Positions 1 to 12,312 of a stretch of 64,000 nucleotides of DNA are shown piece by piece. Position 1 is the stretch's first letter. Each line of letters begins with the position of its first letter. Position numbers and translations under genes: made by a program. The notes beneath the pieces were generated by a model that saw only the letters and a list, made by a program, of their open reading frames with translations, did not search any database and was not told the origin of the DNA. This stretch comes from Octopus sinensis (Eukaryota). The stretch covers positions 73,966,001 through 74,030,000 of the forward strand of contig NC_043000.1 of assembly GCF_006345805.1 (NCBI RefSeq). The letters are read 5' to 3'.

Positions 1-833
1 CTTAAATACAAAGACCCTCCCGGGTGAAGAATGTATCCCTCAGCATAGGCTAATCATTAGTGACTTTAGGCTTGAGGCCAGAAGGATACCAAGAAACAGA
101 CCAATCTAGAAAAGAAGGATTTGGAAGCTAAAGAACCCTTCACATGGTCAGAGATTTAGGAACATCCTCATCAAGAAATTTGATGAGAGGGAGGAGGATC
201 TACAGACATCAAACATAGAAGGTAGCTGGAAATTCCTACGGGACAGCTTGCTGAGTGCCACAGACCAAGTCTGTGGATGGTGCAAAGTCCCTTCCAGACC
301 TAGAGTTATGTGGTGGTGGAATAGTACAGTAGACAGCCATTAGAGCAAAGAAACAGGCCTGGAGGGATGGGGGTAGCAGGGAACTGTATCAGATAGCCAA
401 AAGGGAGGCTGGGCGGCAGGTATACATAGCCAAAGATGAAGCAGAAAAGAAGTTTTCCAATGTCCAGCGACGTGAGGACCAAAGAACTGAGGTATTTCGG
501 ATTACAAGACAGTGTGTGAGAGAAAATAGTGATGTCACAGGAGAGAAATGCATCCGCATCAATGATGGTGCACTTGCTTTCAATGTTTCTGAAAAGAAAA
601 AGGCGTGGAGAATGAATGGGAGAAGGAGAGCCTGCCAAATGTTGACCCAGTAGAGGGACCAGCTATCCGAATAGACAGCTCCCTAGTAGTTAAGGCAATT
701 AAGAGTATGAAGCCAGGAAAAGCCCCCGGCCCATCAGGAATCACTGCTGAGATGCTTAAAATATCTGGTTGTGTAGGCTATGGCCTAGTCACCCGCATTG
801 TAAACCAAGTAGTTCATAATGGAGTCATACCCA
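1..833 (+). mobile_element. RTE-clade LINE fragment (end of APE endonuclease plus linker), decayed
   Basis: Collinear with the near-intact RTE at ~59330-60205 (ENEWEKESLPNVDPVEGPAIRIDS...KAPGPSGITAEMLK). Has stops and deletions, and runs into (TA)n at ~834. Confidence 0.92.
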
Positions 834-1179
834 ATATATATATATATATAAATACATGCATATGCACCCTCCAATCACACACCTACACCTGCATACATAC
901 AAATATGCATATCCATATAAATGAAGGGAACATGTGCATGAAAGTCGCACTTCTGCACCGGACACAGTCTTGCTCTCATATACATACATATACACATACA
1001 CTTATATATACATGCACACACATATACATATAAAATATAAACATACATATACATATACTCACATACGTATGCACTCATACAATTAAAAAGGAAAAAAGGG
1101 AGAAAATGAAAAAATATATAAATATAAAAAAAAAAGACATATGGGAAGTTTGTGCAGGAACATAGTAAAAATGTGGATT

Positions 1180-2600
1180 TTAGCTGTGATCTTGGGGGAG
1201 GGCCTAAAACCGTAACAGGTATTTTGTCACATATGGACATCATCCAAAATGTTCAGTTCTTGAATTTAGACATGTAGCGAGGTGCAAGGAACTTTTCCAG
1301 ATGAATCATCTTTCTATATTACAAAGACTGCATTTGCCACAACCGTTGGTATAAGGTTTACACTTGGCCAAGATATTCTAGTAAATCCTATAGTTGACAC
1401 CTTGTTCTTTTAAGAACCATATATAACTGGATAATTTGGTAGTTTTTTGTTTATTCCAGTGTCTGAAGCTTAAGATGTGATTGTTGAACCTTGCTTTGAA
1501 ATTTCTTTCTGTGAGATCCATGTACCTCTTGGATGAAACTGTGTTATTAGCGTTCATAGAATTTACGGTGGCTTCATAAATAATGGTCTCGGTCATACAG
1601 GCTCCATTTAGCAGGCAAAAGTCTTTATCCCTGCAGGAACAGTTGGCTTTGTGTTGTTGTGTTGCATTGTGTGTAATTATGTCTTTAAAGTTTGGGGTTG
1701 AACTAAAACTAATTTTTAGATTATGCCTATTGAAGAGTTTCCTATATTTATGATGTATCGGAAAATGTCTATCTATAAGTGACAAGAAATATTTTACCTT
1801 TATTAAAGGTCACTTCGGGGGAGTAAGGGCTTGTGAACAAGATAATTTTCTCGTGTCTATGTTTTCTTTTCTTTATTTCTTGCCTAAAAGTAGGCATGTA
1901 AGCTATTTCCTCTTTAAATCCTCTAGCTTTAAGAACATTGTTATATAGTGGGGCAGCATTATTAAATATGTTTATATTGGAGGAGAGGCCAGAAATTCTC
2001 CTACTAATATTTTTAACTAAATTCTTAAACACTATAATGGGGTGGTGGTGGCAGGAACCTACATTAATATAACTAAGTCTGTCATAGGTCTTCCTATTGG
2101 GTTTGTAAATATTCTTTTGTAAATCTAGAGATACGTGAAGGAAATTGACAACCGCCAGGTTGGTATCTATTGTTATGCTTAGATCGAATGTTTTCATAAG
2201 ATGGATAATATTCTGTAACTGATCTTGTGCTGGCCCATTGCTATTCTTAGCTAATGCTAGAGCATTGTCCCTATAAGTAGTGAAATACACACCAGGAAAA
2301 GCTTTTCCTAACGTGTCAAGCAGGAATAGCCCAATGAGATCGCATATGTCTACTCTATCATATGACCCCATGCTCACATCGAAAGAACCCTCTGTGTCTG
2401 CTGTCTTGACCCACTCTGTGTTCTCGTTGAAGAGTAAGGTCTTTCTAGCATGGAAGATTATATCCTTATCTCATTCACTAGTCTCTGTAAAATCACTAGA
2501 AATCTACCATATCAAATTGTGTAAATCTTGCTTTATTTTTATTATATATTGTGAGCAGAAGCGAGCTACTGCTATCTCTAGCAAATGAGGTGTCAGTACT
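1180..2600 (-). mobile_element. Penelope-like element fragment (RT plus GIY-YIG), Naiad-like
   Basis: Minus-strand ORFs 1769-2377 (MGSYDRVDICDLIGLFLL...YRDN, RT) and 1378-1785 (CSCRDKDFCLLNGAC...IIYEATV...RYMDLTERNFKARFNNH, GIY-YIG with a CxC-x5-C-x5-C knuckle). Frameshifted. Confidence 0.88.
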
Positions 2601-3281
2601 GAATAGCCATAAGTTATTTAGGATATAAAATATAAGAAATAAAAATTGGTTATAATATTTTAAAGTTTAGGTAAAGAGAAATTAGGCAATATAGTATACT
2701 AAAGTAGGAATTTAGAATGACTCACTCATAAAATGATTTGTGTTTTTACTGGTTAAGATAAATATATGGGGGAGGGTATATATGTTAAATAAAATATTAA
2801 GATACTAATTCTACATTCGATTATGGAGAGAAATTTATCATTACTTACACTAGAGAAAAGTTATTATTATCATAATCATTATTATTATTATGTAGCATTT
2901 AAATGGAGTAAGAGATACATTCTATTATGCAGAAAAACCATTAGTTTGATAATAAATTATAGTGTTCTTACTTCTATGGAGAATTTTAAAATTTGTGCAA
3001 AAAATAGGAAAAATATGAGGTAGTTTTGTAAAAAAAAATCGTTACTTATTCAGAAAAAAAATGGTCATAATCAAGAATAATGAGTTGTCTCCCTTCATCT
3101 ACCTAAGGGAATTTATGATAATTTGACAGATAAAAGAATTAGAGATAATTAGGAGATATAGAAGAAAAATATATTTGTTTTGCAAGAGAAGCATACAGAA
3201 GGTATGGGTATAGAGTATGTGGATGATATAGATATATACATGTATATACATATACACACATACATACGTACATATATATGT

Positions 3282-3680
3282 ATCATCATCATCATCGTTT
3301 AATGTCCGCTTTCCATGCTGGCATGGGTTTGATGGTGTGACTGAGGACTGACGAGTCAGATGGCTGCACCAGGCTCCAGTCTGATCTGGCAGAGTTTCTA
3401 CAGCCAACCACTCTGAGAGAGTAGTGGGTGCTTTTTACATGCCACCAACATGAGGGCCAGTCAGGTTGTACTGGTAACGGCCACGCTCAAATGGTGTTTT
3501 GTATGTGCCACCTGCACAGGAGCCAGTCCAGCGGCACTGGCAACGACCTCACTCAAATGTTGTCTTTCACGTGCCAGTACGGCGACGCTGGTAATGATCA
3601 CACTCGAATGGTGTTTTTTTTGTGCCACCAACACAGGAGCCAGTCAGTGGCCCTGGCAATGATCACACTCGGATGGTGCT
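3282..3680 (-). mobile_element. RTE 3' UTR fragment with (GAT)n tail
   Basis: Reverse complement resembles the RTE 3' UTR at 62040-62394 (repeated GTGGCACxxAAAAAGCACC motif, GGACxTTAAACGATGATGAT end). Confidence 0.8.
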
Positions 3681-3722
3681 ATGTATAAAACTTGTTTGGA
3701 AAAGGATGTGTGGCATTTAATC

Positions 3723-3725
3723 ATA

Positions 3726-3814
<89 letters not shown>

Positions 3815-3830
3815 TATATATATATGTATA

Positions 3831-3861
<31 letters not shown>

Positions 3862-3878
3862 ATATATATATATATGTA
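3723..3878. repeat. (TA)n/(TCTA)n microsatellite
   Basis: Seen directly. Confidence 0.97.
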
Positions 3879-4277
3879 TAGACGTAGGAGTGGCTGTGTG
3901 GTGAGAAGCTTGCTTCCCGACCACATGGTTCTGGGTTCAGTCCCACTGCATGGCACCTTGGACAAGTGTCTTCTGCTATAGCCTCAGGCTGACCAAAGCC
4001 TTGTGAGTGGATTTGGTAGACAAACTGAAAGAAGCCTGTCTTATATATATTTATATATATATATGTATATGTGTGTGCATCTGTGTTTGTCTCCACCTCC
4101 ATCACTTGACAACCGATGTTGGTGTGTTTACGTCCCTGAAACTTAGCAGTTCGGCAAAGAGACTGACAGAATAAGTACCAGGCTTATAAAGAACAAGTCC
4201 TGGGTTCAATTTGTTCGACTAAAGGCGGTGCTCCAGTATGGCCACAGTCAAATGACTGAAACAAGTCAAAAAAGAGA
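3879..4277 (+). mobile_element. tRNA-derived SINE, family 1 (CORE-like, CR1-type 3' tail)
   Basis: A box TGGCTGTGTGG, B box GGTTCAGTCCC, CORE-like CCTTGGACAAGTG, internal TA/TG tract, 3' GGCGGTGCTCCAGTATGGCCACAGTCAAATGACTGAAAC. Four copies in the window. Confidence 0.9.
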
Positions 4278-4436
4278 ATATACATATATTTATATATACT
4301 GAGGTTATGAGAGGTAATGGTGTCAAGAAGACCCAAAGGTGTCAGGTAATGCTGAGTAAGTGCTATGGACAGAGTATTGTTAAGCCCTAGGTTCAGTGAT
4401 TATGCGAATGGAGAGACCAATGTAGGTCATATATTA

Positions 4437-4476
<40 letters not shown>

Positions 4477-4480
<4 letters not shown>

Positions 4481-5245
4481 AAGAAACAGGCTTAGAAGGA
4501 CTGGAAGAACGAAGGTAGCAGGGAATTGTATCAGACTGCCAGAAGGGAAGCTAGCAGATAAGAAAAAGTTTGCCAATGTTCTGCACTGTAAGGACCAAAG
4601 ACTTGAGGTATTTCGTGTTGCAAGACAGTGTATGAAAGAGAATCGTGATGTTGTAGAAGAGAAATGTGTCCGCATGGATGATGGTTCTCTTGCACTAAAT
4701 GAGGCTGCAAAGAGAGGGATTTGGAGATGCCACTATGAAAGGTTGCTCAATAAAGAAAATGAATGGGAGAAAGAGAGTTTGCCGAATGTCAACCCAACAG
4801 AGGGACCAGCTATCCGAGTTGACAGTACCTTGGTAGATAAAACAATTCAGGATATGAAGACGGAAAGCCCCCGGCCAATCATGAATCGCTGAAAAGATGC
4901 TCAAAATATCTAGCAGTGTCGGTTATAGCCTAGTCACCCATATAGTTAACCAGGTGATACACAAAGGAGTCGTACCCAATGATTGGTGTAGCAGCACCAT
5001 AGACAACTGCTACAAAGATAAAGGTGATGCTTTAGATACAAATAATTACAGAGGTTTCAAGTTGTTGAATCAGGTAATGAAGGTCACAGAGAGGGTCATA
5101 GCCCAACTAATTAGGGAGAGAGTCAATTTAGATGAGATGCAGTTTGGTTTCGTGCCAGGGAAAAGCACCACTGGTGCTATATTTCTGGTAAGACAGCTGA
5201 AGGAGAAATACCTAGCCAAAGATAAACCTCTGTACCTGGCTTTCA
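4477..5245 (+). mobile_element. RTE-clade LINE fragment (linker plus RT N-terminal part)
   Basis: ORFs 4632-4892 and 4897 onward (YKDKGDALDTNNYRG...QFGFVPGKSTTGAIFLVRQL...LYLAF) match the RTE at ~59680-60470. Confidence 0.93.
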
Positions 5246-5461
5246 TTGTGGTTTGCCTGCCTTCCTACTTATTAGGACTGGTTTCACAAGAAGAAACTAA
5301 TACAATAAGTACCAGGCTTATCAACATAAAAAGCACTAGGCTGTGCCTCATTTTTGTTTGCCCACTCAGTTGTATCTATCAATTTATCTTTGTGTGTGTG
5401 TGTGTGTATATATATATACACGCACACATATATATATACATGTACGTATATGTGCATATTC

Positions 5462-7078
5462 ATATTTATTATATCAGAGTCAATGTCTTTATGTGTGTTC
5501 ATGTGTTACTTTAGACATTCGAAAACTGCTGCACCGTTCAGAATGAAATTTGGAACACAAAATCCAAGCCTAGGGAGAAGAGTAATGCTGTGTGCTTCAT
5601 ACGATATTTGAAGCATATTCAATACACAAGGGCGGGCATAATGCAATATGTTTCGTTTGAATTTCAGATGGCTTAAAGGGGGCAGAACCCCCATGAAAAT
5701 TCATAAATTTTCGATGTTGACGCACATGAAGAAGTATTCTCAATATTTCCACTTCACATGAGGATTCTCAGAGACCCTTAACTCCCAAATTTTAGTAATT
5801 TTTTTAATGATCCAAAACTAGGTCAAAAGTACTGAATGGATCTTTACAAAATTTGGAAATTATATTCTATGCATAAGGGCCATAACCTCCATGACAATTC
5901 ATATATTTTTGCTGTTGATGAAATTTTAACCATAGATATTAAACACAAATGAAGTAATATTTATAAAATTTCATCTTCTAAGAAGTTAGAAAGACCCCTT
6001 CATGGGGACTTAACACCCACAATTTTGTCATTTTATCTAAGCAAAGACGAATATAGTTGTACTCTTGGAAGCTGTAGGGTCACCCGAGCATAACAGATGA
6101 GCATTATTTGTATTTCAATGGTACAACTGTGGAAGAGTTTGCTTTGACATATACTTCGATTGTGATTTCTGCAATGTGGTACATAAATTGTCAAGTAAAT
6201 GAGAGGCATCTTTGCCTCCACTGATTCAGTTGCAAAGTGTTGAGTAAAGTTATTTGGTTGCAGACCTCCTTTCAGTCTTTTTATTATCACTGGGTCACAC
6301 ATAGTCCCCAGATGGTAACATTGATTTCAAGGCCTTCCCGGATGAGTGACTGGTTATTCAAAGACATTTATAGATTGTAAATTTATTCTGTCCAGTTACG
6401 TATCAGTATAGTGGTCATTTGTAAACTCCAGAGGTGACACTTTAATTTCTCCTTAGCCCTCACGTCACACAGTTGTTAATGTTGATTTCAGTTGGGCCAC
6501 GCCCTTCCAATTGCAATAGATTCGTAATGCATCTTATGGCTGTGCCTGTCACCTGGATGGTGAGGAATCCTACATTGGGAGTGATAATGACTAGGGTAGG
6601 GTAACTGATTGCTTATTGTGATCTTTCGTCTTTTGGTTTCCTGTAGCTTTGCTCTCTTTTACAAACCCAGTGAACATATATTTCCTATTTCAAAGAAATC
6701 CAAACAATAGATATAAGACCCAAGTTAAAAAGATTCTCAACAATTCGACTTCTCTGGTTGACATGAAGACACCCACCCCCAATAGGGGCATTAACTCTCA
6801 CATTTTTAGAGCTCCATGACCTTCATTTTTCAGGAGCAAAATCCTTTTAACAGGTTCTATAAGACTGGAATTTTGGAATATGCGCATAAAAGTCAGTAGT
6901 ATGGGATACATGTGGCATGATTACAATTTTTTAGGATGTGTAAATAGGGAAATAGCCCTCATCTGCAATTTTGATGAAATTCGAAACATAGGTACTCTAG
7001 TTCATTACAGAAAATATAACAGAAAAGTCTAATTCTTCAGTTGAATGTAACACGGGCAACACCAGGTAACTCTGCTAG
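5462..7078 (+). mobile_element. Non-autonomous Helitron-like element
   Basis: Ends in CTAG (7075-7078) followed by T, with a GC-rich degenerate hairpin (CACGGGCAACACCAGG) just upstream. The 5' part has a repeated AAAACTGCTGCACCG..AAATTTGG-type motif (5522, 5826) like invertebrate Helitron derivatives. The 5' boundary is approximate. Confidence 0.55.
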
Positions 7079-7156
7079 TATGTATAGATATATATATGTA
7101 TATATATATATATATAAATAAATATATATATATATGTATATATACACACATAAATA

Positions 7157-7210
<54 letters not shown>

Positions 7211-7348
7211 ATATATATAAGTATATATATATTTATATACACACACATAAATAAATATATATGTAAATAAATAAATATATATATATGTAAATATATATAT
7301 ATACACACACACACATAAATAAATAAATATATATATGTATATATATAT
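7079..7348. repeat. (TA)n microsatellite
   Basis: Seen directly. Confidence 0.97.
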
Positions 7349-7611
7349 AGTAGGTACTGTAAATTTAGGGTGAATAAGTGTAAGTCCCTGTATATGCCAG
7401 ATAAGGATTTCACAGTACACGTGTTTCAAGCTTTATAAAGAATCCGTTATTACAAGAAAAAGAGCAAGAGTACTGGAAGTAAAAGACAATGGAAGCAAAA
7501 GACAAGAGTAATAAAAGCAAAACTAGTGAAAAAAGTAAAAATAAGGATAATAATTTAGAACCACATATAAATAAGAATTAGTCAAGTAAGAATAAAGTAA
7601 CAAACTCTTTT

Positions 7612-8068
7612 TTTCTTATTTTTTATTGTTTTATTTTAAACTTTTAACTTTTATTTTTTCCTCTCTCTTATTTTCTATCTTATTTTCCTTCCTATCCTAT
7701 ACAAGAGAATTAAATATAAACTCATTCCAATCTATTTAACATTCACTCTATATTGACTGGTGATACAGTATGGGAAGATTTTCGAAATCCAATGAATCTT
7801 TATACATTTATACAGTTAGGAAATTTTACAAATACGCTTTTTCAAGGAGATATGATATACCTATTATAATGGGTAAGACTACATGTACTTTTTATATTTT
7901 TTATATTGTGATGTAATTCTTTGGACTAACAATGTTTGCAGCTGAAGAGAGCTTTAAACCATCTTTTATGTCAATAATACACTGATGTAATAACAGATTG
8001 TTTATAAAGCTTGAAACTTGTGTACCGCAATATCCTTTGTGTTCTGTTTTTAATTTCATTTGATATAT
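7612..8068 (+). repeat. 5' pseudo-LTR of the PLE
   Basis: Nearly identical to 15521-15977 and contains a hammerhead motif. Confidence 0.9.
7935..8030 (+). ncRNA. Type I hammerhead ribozyme motif in the 5' pLTR (partly decayed)
   Basis: TTGCAG-CTGAAGA-GAGCTTT...AAAGCTT-GAAA-CTTGTG-TA-CCGCAA. The inverted copy at 7405-7440 keeps the palindromic stem III GAAA-CACGTG-TA. Confidence 0.72.
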
Positions 8069-9992
8069 TCTCTCTCACCTCTGCCACTATACAGGTGCTT
8101 ACACTTATCAAGTATTCACCCTAAATTTACAGTACCTACTTGATCTATGTTGTCTTTTGGATTGGATTTTACATAACCACAACAACCTTTAATACTTGAT
8201 GAATAAAAAATGATACAAAGGATTAACACCAATTTCTCTCCCAAAGACATACCACTTCACACCGAAAATACATATATGATGTCTCTTATCCATAGGACTA
8301 CAGATTTCATTAGAAGGATCAGATGGGCCACTTACCATTCTGACAGTAGAGAAAAATACAGCTCAAACAGTAACCAGGACGACATGGTATATAAAAAAGT
8401 TTTTAAAAGTAGAAGAAACCTTCCACCGAATTATGCATTAGAGAATTTCGAGAAGGACATCCTCAAATTTATTAGAAAGATTAAAATTAGAAAACATAGC
8501 ACCATTATGAACAACCACTTGAGAAATTTAAAGTAGTTTATAAACTTGCTTAAAAATGAAGATAGTCTAATTGTAACTGCCGACAAAACCGGCAATTGGT
8601 ATAGATTAGACTATAATAATTATAAATCACTAATTATGAAGGAGCTACATTGAAAATATAAAGTTACATCAATAGAAAACCTGAAGGAAATTAACGGAAA
8701 AATAAAAGAAGTAATGACCAAGCTAGATCTACTAGAAAGGACGGAACCTCTCACCCCTCAGGAACTGTGGATTAACATTAAGGACCATAAAAAAGGATTC
8801 CCAGAAAACATAGGAGTAAGACTGATATGCCCAACTAAGTCAGATATAGGTAGACTTAGTAAAACTATTCTGCACTCAGTAATTCCCCGGATTAAGCCTC
8901 ACATTCCACTCAACATATGGGTTAACACTGATGATGTTCTAAATTGGTTCAACTCTATTACTGATAGGAACAATTACTCTTTTATACAATACGACATATC
9001 AAATTACTACGTGAGTATTTCCCCAATTTTATTGAATAAGGCCCTAATATATGCTCATAACCTTTCACTTATAGATTGAGAAAAAATTGATATAATACTC
9101 TTAGCTTGGAAGGCAGTAATTGAATATGAGGGTAAGCTTTGGACTAGGTCAGATACCCCTGATAACTTCAATGTGGCTATGGGCTTGAGCAATTCAGCTC
9201 AGGTGACTGACTTGGTTGGGGCCTTCTTACTTAAGAGGCTATTCTCAGAGATACCAGACCTTCAGGGAGGTCTATACAGAGATGACACACTTTTCATATA
9301 CCCCACAAATAATAAAAGCACCTTAGAAAGAATTAGAAAAAAGATTAGTCATTTCTTTAAATCATTTAATCTGAAACTAGAATTCATGACCAACACTAAG
9401 ATAGTTAATTTTTAGATGCTACATTAGACATAGATAAAGGCCTTCACTGCCCTTATAGAAAGCCAGAAGAAACCACAAGTTATATTGGCATATCATCTAA
9501 TCACCCGCCCTGTATAATTAATACCACAGTCCAAGCTGTTTCCGATAGACTATCTAAGTTATCATCAAACGAAAGTATTTTCAGTGATCATGCGCATCAC
9601 TATAATCAAGCCCTCTCTAATGCTGGGTACTCCCAGAAAATCTCTTTTGGTAAAAACTCATATGATAAACCACCTAAAACATCCATCATTAGTAAGGTTC
9701 CGTCACATAAACAAATTAAGGGTTCCAGAGCTAGTTCTTTAAATGGAGGTAGAGTAAATAGATCCAATAAAAGCACAGATACAACAAGCATAAATTCAAA
9801 TGAGGTTAAGATCAAAAAGCAAATAGAAAGAAATCACACCGATAAAAATTCAGTTAGAGAAAACCCTACCGATAGGAGTAACACAAATAATAAAGAATGC
9901 ATAAACATAAGAACTATAGATTATGTAACTATATATGGTATAACATACCATATAATGTAGCAGTTACAGGAAAATTATGCAGGAAATTATTA

Positions 9993-10388
9993 TAGGCGCA
10001 GGAGTGGCTTTGTGGTAAGTAGCTTGCTAACCAACCACATGGTTGCGGGTTCAGTCCCACTGCGTGGCATCTTGGGCAAGTGTCTTCTGCTATAGCCCCG
10101 GGCCGACCAATGCCTTGTGAGTGGATTTGGTAGACAGAAACTGAAAGAAGCCTGTCGTATATATGTATATATATATATATGTGTGTGTGTGTTTGTCCCC
10201 CTAGCATTGTTTGACAACCGATGCTGGTGTGTCTACGTCCTTGCCATTTAGCGGTTCGGCAAAAGAGACCGATAGAATAAGTACTGGGCTTACAAAGAAT
10301 AAGTTCCAGGGTCGATTTGATCGACTAATGGCGGTGCTCCAGCATGGCCGCAGTCAAATGACTGAAACAAGTAAAAGAGTAAAGAGTA
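9993..10388 (+). mobile_element. tRNA-derived SINE, family 1
   Basis: Same head, body and tail as 3879-4277, with (AAAAGAGT)n end. Inserted in the PLE linker. Confidence 0.92.
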
Positions 10389-10747
10389 ATCATATCAAAT
10401 AACTTTCCACCCACTCATAAATATAGCAGTATTCTATCCACTAAAACTATAGAATCTCATATTCAACTCTACCCAATACGAACTGCCTCATAGCTAAGCA
10501 TAATAAAACAAGAATTAAAAAAGCTAGATTAAGAGCAAACGATTATAATCACTCAAACCCTAATAATCCAAGAACTAATAATGGTAGTAACCAAATTAAT
10601 AACAATAACCAAGTTATTATTCCTACAGCTATGGTGTCTAACCACCGGGTTAACAACTTAGAGATAACTGATAGTAGTTCCCTAAATAATGACTTTAGTA
10701 TTGATAACAACAGTAGCTATATTAATAATAGTAACAGTAATTATAAT

Positions 10748-12312
10748 CATCATCATCATCATTTAACGTCCGTTTTCCATGCTGGCACGGGTTGGACGGT
10801 TCGACTGGGGTCTGGGAAGTCAAGATGCTGCACCAGGCTCCAGTCTGATCTGGCAATGTTCCTACAGCTGAATGCCCTTCCTAACGCCAACCACTCCGCG
10901 AGTGTAGTGGGTGCTTTTTACATTCCACCGGCACAGAAGCCAGTCAAGGCTGTGCTGGCATCGGCCATGTTCGGATGGTGCTTTTTACGTGCCACCAGCA
11001 CAGGTATCACAACTACTATTTCCATTTGATATTTATTTCGATGTTTATTACTTGACTCAATAGGTTTCCTCAAGCGCAGCAGGTCATGTGCCACCGGCTC
11101 AGAAGCCAGTCAAGGCAGCGCTGGCATCAGCCACTTTCGGATGGTGCTTTTTACATGCCGCCGGCACAGGTGTTGTAACTACAATTTCCATTTGATATTT
11201 ATTTTGATATTGATATTGATGTTGATGTACTTGACTCAATAGGTCTCCTCAAGCACAGCAGATCACTCTACGATCCAAGGTAAGCACAGAAGGTTGTTCT
11301 GCAATCCAAGGTACTTTGAATGGGCTGAGGCTATGTGAAACTGGTGCAGGAAGCAGCCCGGGTCTTTGCAGTCACAGCATATCTCCAGAGATCTTGGTCC
11401 TTCGTCATTGCCTCTGTGAAGCCCAATGCTTGGAGGTCATGCTTGACTACCTCATCCCATGTCTTCCTGGGTCTACCTCTCCCCCTGATACCTTCAACTG
11501 TTTGGGAGTGGCACTTCTTCACACATCTCTCCTCATCCATCCGCAGTACATGGCCATACCATCGCAAGCTTCTCTCTTGCACACCACATCTGATGCTTCT
11601 TATGTCCAGCATTTTTCTCAGGGCGCTTACACTCTGTCGTGCATTCACACTGACATTACACATCCAGCGGATCATGCTAGCTTCATTTCTTTCAAGTCTA
11701 CATATGTTCTCTGCAGTCACAGCCCATGTTTCACTGCTGTGAAGCATGGCAGTTCGCACACATGCATCATACAATCTACTTTCGCTCTGAGCGAGAGACC
11801 CTTTGTCACTAGTAGGAGTAGGAGCTTTCTAAACTTTGCCCAGGCTGTTCGTATTCTAGTGGTGACACTCTCTGAGCATCCACCTCCACTACTAACTTGG
11901 TCACCTAGGTAGCGGAAACTATCGACTACTTCTAGTTTCTTCCCCTGGAGTGTGATGGAATATGTTTTCTGAGTATCTGTGGTGTCTATTGCCCCTGTAC
12001 ATCTGCTGCACATGAAAGCTATCTTATCAGTTAATTTTCCTTTGATGTTGCTGCACCTCTTATGTGTCCATAGCTTACACTGAGTACATCTTATGGAGTT
12101 TCTACCTACACCTTTCCTACAGATCAAGCAGGGCCACCTGCCCGAGGGGGTGTGTGATGAGTTCGCCTTTCTGCTTACTATAACTTTGGTCTTTGCTACA
12201 TTTACTCTTAGGCCCTTTGATTCTAACTCTTGCTTCCACACCTGAAATTTCTTTTTTAGTTCTGGTAGTGATTCTGCTATGAGGGCCAGGTCATCAGCAT
12301 AGAGGAGCTCCC
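10748..12312 (-). mobile_element. 5'-truncated RTE LINE (RT C-terminal half, PHD-like finger, 3' UTR, (GAT)n tail)
   Basis: WELLYADDL at the right edge. ORFs 11717-12241 and 11331-11774 match 60730-61698. (CAT)n at 10748-10762. Confidence 0.95.

Noticed and set aside
8651-9079. Two in-frame TGA codons (8651, 9077) in a Naiad-like PLE, suggesting selenocysteine recoding as known for some Naiads
   Set aside because: They are not at evident conserved Cys positions, the same frame also has a TAG (8534) and a later frameshift, and no SECIS was recognised. CGA-to-TGA decay is the simpler explanation.
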